A stretch of 41,641 nt of DNA from assembly GCA_002269645.1 (NCBI GenBank), contig NIVC01001692.1, positions 1 to 41,641 of the forward strand, read 5' to 3'. A model generated the notes under the pieces. That model had not been told where the DNA came from. It saw nothing but the letters and a program-made list of their open reading frames with translations, and did no database searches. The first letter of the stretch is position 1. Each line of letters starts with the position of its first letter. This document shows positions 33,001 to 41,641 of the stretch, piece by piece. The translations under genes and the position numbers were made by a program. The stretch is from Macrostomum lignano. Its lineage: Eukaryota.

Positions 33001-34755
33001 GTAAAATTCCTAAGCTCAATAAAGCTTCACACAGTACAGGCTCAAAACTACACACGATACAAGCTCGACCTAATTAACTCTAGCTCGAAATTTCACACGG
33101 CAGAAAAAAATGGTCGGTCACTTTTAAAAGCTTTAACTTCATAATCAGTTTATAGATCAAATTTTCTACCAATTTCTGTCACAAGTCAATTCTTCATATT
33201 TTTAATGTTACTATGACACTAATGGCAGTTTGACGCTTGAGATCTGATAATCCGCTTTTTGTATGTTGCATTAATGGTTTTGAGCTATCCATGTTGCAGC
33301 CTTTGCTTTGCCTTAACTTTTGTGGTTAGCCTTCATATACTGACGAGCAAAAAGGTTTGTCATTAATTACTCCAACCTTATCAATTAAATGAGGATTATA
33401 TTTCATTAAGCTTTGCAGGCACATGCGAAAATATAAAAAAACTAACTAATAACAGTTTTGGGGGCTGAACTGTCTTAGCTAGGTAACCGTCACTGTTATA
33501 CTCGTACTCATTGTAATACAGTGTTTTTCAAGACGCATGCAAGAAAAAATCAGTAAAAATAAAATTCAGCTGGTTCATGATGCATGATACAAATAACAGC
33601 ACTAAATAGAATAGAAACAAAAGCCTCTAGAAACACGTAAAAACTAATTAATAGTTCGTATACAGTCTTGACAAATTTTATTAAAAATAAATTTGGAAGC
33701 CAAATCTTATCAGTAAACATGTGTCGCCGCCAGAATATCACTCAGCCCTACTTCTTGGGAGCTGCATCGCCAGAAGCACGATGTCTTTCTAGCTCCTATC
33801 CATTTCTTTTTCGCAGGCTTTCCTGCTCCTCTCTCGGCCTATCGTTCTCCTTGACGAACTTCATCGCGATCTCCATATTCTTAACCATACTTTCGGCGAC
33901 CGTGAATAAACCGGCGACTGTACATGTATATCACCCGAATCGCTCAGACTATCCAGAGCATTGTCGAGTTCTCCTCCTATGCCGTCGAATTCACCTACCT
34001 GACTTTTTATGCATATTTAAGGCATTGTTTTTGTCCATTTTTGTCCATTGTTCGAGGATTTTTTTATTTGTTTTTTAATTTTTTATTCATTTTTACCTTA
34101 GAAGTAGCATATGCTCTAAATGTACATGTACTTTTAATGTCTAAAGAATTCGATTTCGTGATTCTCGTCCTTACGTCGCATAACTAATCTATTCAGAGTA
34201 AAATACTCGTAATTCAATGTAAGAGCTTATGAGAGTAAAACGATGTGGAATCTCATTTGTTTTGTTTTCTAATGTACACCCAGCCACTGCACAAAATAAA
34301 GGGAACTTCGTCAATTTAAAATCCCTTGAAAACTTTGCACAGGCCAGTTTGGCCCTTGTACATGGTAGAATTCGGCCGTCAAGGGTTGTGGCGATAAGCC
34401 CAGGCCAATCTCGTTGCATTGGTTAAGTAGAAATCAATAGAACGAAAAATGACTAATTCTTCTTCACCCGCATGCAGTCTACTCTTACCCTAAGAGCAGC
34501 AGATTCGGTCAGAGACAGTCAGACAAATTGTATTCCTACGATAGAATTCCCCCGAATTTTCCACGGATTTTCCGCAACTAACTGTACAATGAAAAAGTAA
34601 CTTCCTTTTTTGAAAAATGGCTATTTAGGTCGCAGCTCGTCTCGAAAATCCAGTAAGATTTAGTGTCCGCGATCTGACCAAGTTCAAGCGTATACATTTT
34701 GTAAACTTGAGCCACTACAATCGCTACTCTTGTGTGTAAGTCTCAGTATTTAATG

Positions 34756-34899
34756 CTACTTCTACTACTACAACAACAACTACTACTACTACTTCTACTA
34801 CAACAACAACAACTACTACTACTACTTCTACTACAACAACAACAACAACAACAACAATTACTACTACTACTACTACTAATACTACTACTACTACTACTT

Positions 34900-34977
<78 letters not shown>

Positions 34978-35020
34978 ATACTACTACTACACTACTACTA
35001 CTACTAGTACTACTACTACT
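34756..35020. repeat. Compound (CTA)n/(CAA)n microsatellite
   Basis: Directly visible. Confidence 0.98.
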
Positions 35021-35640
35021 CGTTCGTTTCAAAACGCATCAGCGAGATGGCAGTTTGCAGTTTTTAGCGCAAAACACAAAAGCTGCAATTCTTTCCTGCC
35101 TGTCCGCTCTACTTCCTTATAGGGTTCGAAGCTAGCTTTCGTAAGTTTTAGTGTTCTAAAATTAATATTCATTTCGGTCTCAAACATGTTTTTCAAAGCT
35201 TTAATAGAGTGATAATATCACTTCTATAGGAGAGTACACTACAGAATGAATCTTGAAGCAAGTACGTACTAGTTTCATTAGCCATTCCAAACAAGGATGA
35301 GCTCGTTAATCCAGAACCATGCAGAGTCGCATAGTCAGAGTAACGCGGTTAACACTTATCTTATGGAATTAATTGAATTCAATCTCAACGCTCGTACCGA
35401 TTTTTTAGATTAAGAAGGTGACTATCAGTTGATACTGTTTGAAGGCCTGAAATAAGCAATTATTTAAAAATCTGAAAAATCGATTTAACTGTATATTGGA
35501 CTTCATGGGAGTTACCCGAATCGAGTTGCTGCTAATACGAAGTACATGTAATACTTTAGCTAATAAGTTAGTCAATAGTAAGATAAACTATAAGTTTTTC
35601 AATAATCCTAAATATTTTCAGTACCATCTGCTGCAACACG

Positions 35641-36624
35641 ATGGCGACTCCAAGTGCGTCAACCATGCTGTCCGACGTTGCTCAATGGACAAAGGCAATG
35701 GATATTGGGCATAGAATTCTCAGTCTGAACGAAAGTCTTTCGAAGCAAGTGGAAACAATCCTTTCTGTTGCAAAGAGTGCAGAAGACATCGATCCGAAAA
35801 GTGACATCGAGAGAGACCTTCAACAGGCGATGAAGGAGCTTTGCAAACCTGGAGAAGATGTGCTTGCTGTGAGTAGAACTCTGTCAATGCAAGAAAACGA
35901 GCTGACTGAGTTCCTCAAGCAAGCGGTGGAGGGAAAATCATCTGACTTGCCAACCGACGAACATCAAAAACAAACAACAAAAGCCAACAGCAGCCAGTCA
36001 ATTGAAATTAGCACTGTTGAAAACTGCATCAAGAAGATAGAAACTATTCTAAAGTTGGCTGAAACGTTCGCTAAATCAATCGGAAATTTTAAAGCGAAAA
36101 TCAAAGCTGCCAAGCAAGTTTGTGAGCGTCTGCAACAAAAGTTTGAAGAGGATAAGCAGAAATTGGAGAAAGAAGCCAGATTTAAAAAAGCAGGTGGAGT
36201 GGCTGGTGCGACCGTGTGTGGCATCGGTGCAGTGGCCCTGGGCATTGCTGGGTTCTTCACATTCGGATTAACTTGGGCTGGTGCTGCCGCCTTGGGCGCC
36301 ACAGCTATAGCAGCAGGCGGAGGCGCAGTTGCCATAGGTGTGATGACTCACCTTGATTCAAAGAAATTCAATAAAGACTTTAACGAGCTGAATGAGAAAA
36401 TCGCCAATCTCGGAACTCAGCTTACGGAACTGGAAAGCCTGCCGGAAAAATTGGCAACGGATGAGACTGCTCTTAAAGACATCAGAGCGTCGATTGAGTA
36501 CGTGCTGACTCTCTATAAAGAAAAGCAGGACCAGTTTGAACGAGAGCGAAAACTGCAAGAGGAAAACACAATGCTGATGGAAAAGATACGCCAGTTGGAG
36601 CTAGAAAAGCTTGAGAAAAACTGA
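35641..36624 (+). CDS. Helical/coiled-coil protein with a Gly/Ala-rich hydrophobic hairpin (apolipoprotein-L-like or ClyA/Hbl-like architecture), 327 aa, intronless
   Basis: Clean ATG-to-TGA ORF. A ~55-aa hydrophobic stretch (AGGVAGATVCGIGAVALGIAGFFTFGLTWAGAAALGATAIAAGGGAVAIGV) is flanked by heptad-rich helices. Acceptor TTTTCAG| at 35621. Confidence 0.7.
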   Translation: MATPSASTMLSDVAQWTKAMDIGHRILSLNESLSKQVETILSVAKSAEDIDPKSDIERDLQQAMKELCKPGEDVLAVSRTLSMQENELTEFLKQAVEGKSSDLPTDEHQKQTTKANSSQSIEISTVENCIKKIETILKLAETFAKSIGNFKAKIKAAKQVCERLQQKFEEDKQKLEKEARFKKAGGVAGATVCGIGAVALGIAGFFTFGLTWAGAAALGATAIAAGGGAVAIGVMTHLDSKKFNKDFNELNEKIANLGTQLTELESLPEKLATDETALKDIRASIEYVLTLYKEKQDQFERERKLQEENTMLMEKIRQLELEKLEKN

Positions 36625-38060
36625 TCGGCTACATTTACTAAAAAGTAGCTCGTAGATGGTGGCAACTTGGGGAGAAAGAAAACTTCAAGGTTGCATCAGA
36701 TTACTAATTTTTAGTTATCAAAGCTACTTAGTTGGCTACATAGTGTTTAATGATCTAACCGTTTCCCACTTTAAAGAATAACAACGATAACGTGCGTTGT
36801 TATTAAATATTTTAAATTACGAGCTCGTATTTTTTTAACTTTTTAACTCGCCATCCAAGCAAGTACCATTTGACGTTCTGTATACCCTACGAGCTCGAAT
36901 TCCTGTTTATTAATCTCCATTACGTTTGCTAACCACATGTAACTGGGTTCTTTTGCCATTTCTTATTTTCATTTTAAATGTCTATCAATAGATAGTAATA
37001 TCTATAAAAATATTATAACTTATCTATTTAGCTAAATTTCCATTTCTACTCACGTTCCGCGTTCTTTAGCTTGTTCTATTAGGCTTGTAATGTAAAGGCT
37101 TGTTCACATCGTCATGAAATTAATCATAAACTCATACCATTGATGAACCAAGCTACGAAAAAGCATTTACAGCTGTGTGATCAGGCAAAACTCAAAAACT
37201 CCAAGGGCGGTGTGAACAACCTTTAACGGTAATAACTGCATTGAAGTAAGAACAAACATAATTACTTATGTAACAGTGTAAATTTTTTTTAAGATTTTTC
37301 GGATCGTTAACATTGACATTTGTTACTTTTATTATGGAATCTAAATAATCTATATTTATATCTAATCTAATCTATACTAAATCTATACTACCCTAAGTTT
37401 GTTTTACTTGTATATTTAATTACTTCTATATTACTTACTTGTATATGTGAATGAATTTAGTGTGACGAATACCGAATAACAAAGCCAGGTGAAGACGCGA
37501 ATGGGTTGGAAGTTAACGTTATTAGCTTAATGTGATTATGGGAACTTCCAGCGATCATGTGGCGGTAGCAACGGAATCCTAAGCGAACTCAGATTGATTC
37601 AAAATGAGGTTGAATCTAACTTCTAATGAGCTAATAATCAATTTATATATATTCGCACTCAGATTTACGAATATCGATCTATCGAGTCTAATGTATGAAG
37701 TGCAATAGGCAACGAATCACTCGCTCTGAGCTCCGCACAACGCACGCTTGGAAAGAAACCCGATTCAAATTGTATTTTATATAAACTACGATTGCTTATT
37801 TAATCGTTAAAAATTTGTACTATTCTGAGCCGGGAATGTGTTGTCTATAGTAGTTTTTGGAGAGATTATTGGACAAAAACTAGGAGATTATATGATATAA
37901 TCTCTTCGAAATCAGGAGCATTATATGAAAATTGAAGTGAACAAGCCAGCATTATATTTAGCAACCAACAACTCACACGACAATGAAACTTACATACTCA
38001 ACTAATTGTATGATTCAATTCAAACAGTTTACGGATGAGAGTTCTTACATGTACATCCTC

Positions 38061-39413
38061 TTAGTCACGGAACGTTATTTCCAGCCGCCCATCTTCAACG
38101 ACAATAGACTTGACACCTAGACGACGCCCGTCTGTGACTCGATCGGCGCCGACTTGCACCGACGATTCACCAGCTGACGCCGAGACAGCGCGAGTTTGCT
38201 CAGACGGTTCAACAGACGAGGCTGATGATCCAGACGAGACAGAAACGTTCTGCAGAACATCAGAGGCCAGTCGAGCAACTTTAGCTGATGGCCCGATGTA
38301 TCGCTCCATCGCAGATGAAGAATGACCGGTAAAACGAGCGATTTCTGGCCTTGAAATTCCAGCATCCCGAAGCGTGGTGGCACAGGTCTTTCTAAGACTC
38401 TGATTCGTGTAGCGCCCTGAACTTGGTTCAGGTAGACCAACAAGCAGATTCCGAACAACAGCTTCCAAACTGTGGACACCAAGCGATTGATTTTGGTACC
38501 ACTTGCCGGAGCGAATAGTGTCTTCCTTGCGGATGCACGATAGAAATAGCTGCGGCTTAGAGCAGTCTGGCGGACGATAACCAACGTACTTCTTATACAG
38601 ACACACTAGGCAACGAACGTGACCGGGAGTATGAAACACTGAATTTTGCTTGAGCGGCCTATTAAATGTTTTCAAACCACCAGGCCTTGTCTTTGAAACG
38701 GAACTCTCTTTGTACACGAGAACCTCGTCCGTTCCCTCGATAGATAGCTGCAGCTGCTTGTTGATTTCGAGTCTGTGTAACTCACTACCGCCTCGCAATC
38801 CAAAGACTTTACCGATCATGAATATTAGGATGTTGAGTAGCACCTTCGGAGAATCATCTCCTAATAGACCTCGCTCCCATAAGATATTCTAACTATCCGA
38901 AGCAATTGGTGCAGCTGCCCGTCCACCATTTAATTGTCCTTCCCGGGCGGTCTCTCGCATGGCAGCATCTAGCGCACGTCGCGTTTCAGCGAACTCGGCA
39001 TCAGTCCAAATGGAAAGAGTCCGTTTAAGTCCGTAAACAAAGTGGTGCTGGATCATGGAGACTAGATCTTTGGTGGTGCCAGGTGGAAACTTTTCTCCAT
39101 TCTCTTTACGAACTTCGAACACAAAATACTGGAGCAAATGGTTCAGGTCGGATTTCGTTAGATCCTCGGTTGGCTTGAGAACCATAAGTCCCGACTCTTC
39201 GCCTGCCAATTGACGATTGACGCGCGTCTCTTTCCATAGATTAAATAACTTCATTGCCCATTTTTCCTTCGCTCGGGTAGCGGCAGGCAAACTTTCTTCG
39301 ATTCTTTTTTTTAGAGCAGCTTCGTCCAGGGACTCAGCAGAAACTCGAGTTGTCGACTCAATTCCGACAGCAGCAAAGAAAGCGTCAAAATTGAGGTCTT
39401 CTAAGCCTTCCAT
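38061..39413 (-). pseudogene. Crypton/DUF3504 (ZMYM/QRICH1/KCTD1-related) tyrosine recombinase interrupted by one in-frame TAG at 38891-38889
   Basis: The two ORFs are in the same frame with 15 codons between them (NILWERGLLGDDSPK). Motifs: FVFEVRKENGEKFPP, LRGG (R), SKTRPGG (K), NQSLRKT (HxxR position, H>Q), TGHSS, ERY (Y). Confidence 0.85.
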
Positions 39414-39623
39414 ATTGTATTTTTGATTCTATTTTGAAGTAGAAGCGACTCTGAATTTGGCTTTTACTTTTTGCCACCACTGATTGACTGGCTGCTTCGT
39501 GACTGCATCTTCGTGAGAAACGTATTTGATTTGTCTATGGTCGGAATCAAATGGCCTAAGCCTATAATGTCTATCAATCAGATGGGATGCCCCCGAAAAA
39601 TAAGATATCGAAGTTCATATATG

Positions 39624-39768
39624 ATAAACGCCGCTTAATTCACCATAGTCTATGGTTAGAATATCCTCGGCTACAATCAATGGTCCTCGGCTCGCTTTGC
39701 TCGCCTCGGAACCATTAAATGCAGCCTCGGACATTCTAACCACAGAATGTGAATTAAACGGCGTTTAT
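39624..39768 (-). other. 145-nt imperfect palindrome / strand-asymmetric hairpin at the Crypton terminus
   Basis: Arms 39624-39695 and 39699-39768 pair by manual alignment around a 3-nt loop. Confidence 0.92.
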
Positions 39769-39786
39769 TATTTACATAAACGCAAC

Positions 39787-40878
39787 TTAAGCGGCTCGCG
39801 TGCGGCGAGATGAAGACCGCTTGTCTTTTAATAAAGTGCTGCGGCTGGGCCTTTTACGGCTCGAGTTTATTTGGGCCATAGACAGTTTGAGCAGCAGTGG
39901 CTGGCTCTGTCAAAAGTACATGTGTCCGCTACACAACTCCCCCCCAGAGCCAGACAATGTTGCTCTTGCATTGTGCTCGTCAGGAGCTCAGCTGCTGTGG
40001 CAAACGGCTGGGTCGGCTGCGATTACTTTGCCACTAACGCAATGGAAATGACTGGGTTAGAAAAGGGTCACCAGCAGTGGATGACCGGGTTGGGGCGTCT
40101 AAATTGGTAATGTGAAACTGCTAGTAGCACAGAAATCGAAAGCGTGCAGAGGCTGGCTCGATGGCGGGTGTTCAGGGACTGTCCAAAAGTGTGAGCACTT
40201 TGCTGCGGATAGAGCGAGCTGCGGGCCGGTGGCGTTGTGGGCCAGTTGAGGTCATAGGCACCAGCATTCTCGAGGCCGAGGGCAGCGGCAGCAGTGGATG
40301 GTTGTGCTGATGATGATGCTGCTGGTACGTATGCCATTGTGGTGATCCGTCGGTAGCGTGGTGGGGCCTGCAGCGCAGAAAAGTGCACCGATGCTTCGTC
40401 CGACGTGTCCGCCTGTGCTGCTGGGACAAGGCGTTGCCGAGGTGAGCCGCATCGACGTCGCAGCGTCGGATGGGGCGTTGCCAGCAAACTTTGGCAGGCG
40501 AGAGCCCCTTATCCGGAGTGCACTGCTCACCTACTGCATAACCGCAGTGACCAGGAATCGGTCATGGTCACTTTGATGCGGCTCCAGTCAGAAGCGCTGA
40601 GCCGGATGCAGGGATCGAGGTGGCCGATGGCTTTGGCTGGACTCGGAAGACCTGGTGGCCGAAACTGTGACGAGGCAGCGGGCGAAAAGCTTGAAATACT
40701 CAGCTACGGCTGAGTATAGTCGGGCTCACCACTGAAGCGGCTCGCGTGCGGCGAGATGAAGACCGCTTGTCTTATAATAAAGTGCTGCGGCTGGGCCTTT
40801 TACGGCTCGAGTTTATTTGGGCCATAGACAGTTTGAGCAGCAGTGGCTGGCTCTGTCAAAAGTACATGTGTCCCTACA
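39787..40878 (-). mobile_element. Complete non-autonomous miniature LTR retrotransposon (TRIM-like), about 1.09 kb
   Basis: LTRs 40733-40878 (TG..CA) and 39787-39933 differ at about 3 positions. 4-bp TSD CAAC (39783-39786, 40879-40882). PBS TGGTGAGCCCGAC (40731-40719), PPT GGGGGGGAG (39945-39937). No pol. Confidence 0.88.
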
Positions 40879-41575
40879 CAACCCTTAATTAGTAAAACAA
40901 ATATCAGACAAGTTACTACGCTACTTACAAACTTTCTATTAGCAACACAAGAAGATGTTAAATTACATATTTTAATAGATGGCCCAACTGATTACAGAAA
41001 GCAAATAGTGATTAACCCCCAAATAGGAAACGACCGAAGTGACACCGTCACATTAGTCTTTTTTGACCCGTCATGAGTGTACGCTAACATTGTCCTATCT
41101 TGTACGCTCTTTGTGTCGTGCTGTACGCTCATTATTCAACGTTTCGAAGTCATTGTAATTAATACTTTTACCCAGACGCAATGAAAAAATATTTTGACCA
41201 TTATTCCACAGTTTTGATGTGTACCATAGACATTTGATTGAAAAAATCCATCGCTCAGTATTTTGTTATTAAATACAGAACAACAAGAAGTAAATGGAAC
41301 AAAAAAAATCATTAAAACTAAAGTACCAGCTACACGAAAAGAGTTCATAATAAATGTCACAGCTAGTGCAGTTCATCAGTTTGTAGTCGAAATTTGACAA
41401 TGTAAAAATCAATTTGTCACCCAAATTGAAACATGCACAAGTTCTCAAAGCCGCAGTTTCCAAAGATGTTCGACACTTTAGCCTGATGATTTGGCACTGC
41501 AAAAATATTTTGGTCTATTTTGAATGTTTTCTATGAAAGAGAAATACAGGTGCTCAACTTAGATGCCGAACTTAC

Positions 41576-41641
41576 CATTTGAAAGATGCACGTCTTGGTT
41601 GGCTTTTTCTCAGACGATAAGCTTCGTCTGATGAGCTTCTT
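41576..41641 (-). other. Possible exon end of a gene extending beyond the window
   Basis: Strong donor AAATG|GTAAGT at 41575, with open frames running to the window edge. Confidence 0.3.

Larger units (their letters stand above)
37860..39776 (-). mobile_element. Crypton-type tyrosine-recombinase DNA transposon (left boundary uncertain)
   Basis: Contains the YR reading frame plus a large terminal hairpin. The right end is defined by where similarity with the copy at 676 stops (tgtaaataataaa). Confidence 0.65.

Noticed and set aside
30075-33700. Short AT-rich ORFs upstream of DDX20 (also 14000-15000, 17000-18400, 20200-21500)
   Set aside because: Low-complexity, F/L/I/Y/K-rich translations typical of non-coding AT-rich DNA, with no motifs or splice-consistent models.
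33740-33995. Minus-strand exon-like fragment with weak resemblance to the C-terminus of the 35641 protein
   Set aside because: Frameshift and stop are present and the similarity is only compositional (coiled-coil-like). Not supportable.
34724-35032. Poly-Val and poly-Leu/Gln ORFs
   Set aside because: Translations of a CTA/CAA microsatellite.
41607-41641. Hammerhead ribozyme (CTGATGAG), also CTGATGA..GAAA at ~6738-6755 minus
   Set aside because: The first is cut by the window edge, lacks a correctly placed NUH/stem I, and may be antisense to an exon. The second has no stem II or stem III.

Overview
This is eukaryotic (animal) genomic DNA: GC-rich spliced exons set in AT-rich non-coding sequence. 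The style resembles a free-living flatworm such as Macrostomum, but that is inference only. The clearest gene is a 3-exon DDX20/Gemin3 helicase (minus strand); its two introns carry related minisatellites in opposite orientation. Other coding regions: an intronless ankyrin-repeat gene head-to-head with a 3-exon orphan gene that has a GC-AG intron, a 4-exon secreted LamG-like protein, three short intronless CLCC1/MCLC-like paralogs, a TM/coiled-coil orphan, and an apolipoprotein-L/ClyA-like helical protein. Mobile and repeat content: two RTE-clade LINE relics, two tRNA-headed SINE copies (one CORE-like), hAT-like MITE relics, a 1.9-kb 40-bp satellite, a Crypton-type tyrosine recombinase element with one in-frame stop, and a complete miniature LTR element (TRIM-like) with LTRs, PBS, PPT and TSD. 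The most unusual signal is a 145-nt hairpin at the Crypton end. Most of its mismatches (three tandem GA/GA and five G.T) suit folding of the minus strand only, recalling ssDNA recombination sites. All calls come from manual reading; no searches were run.
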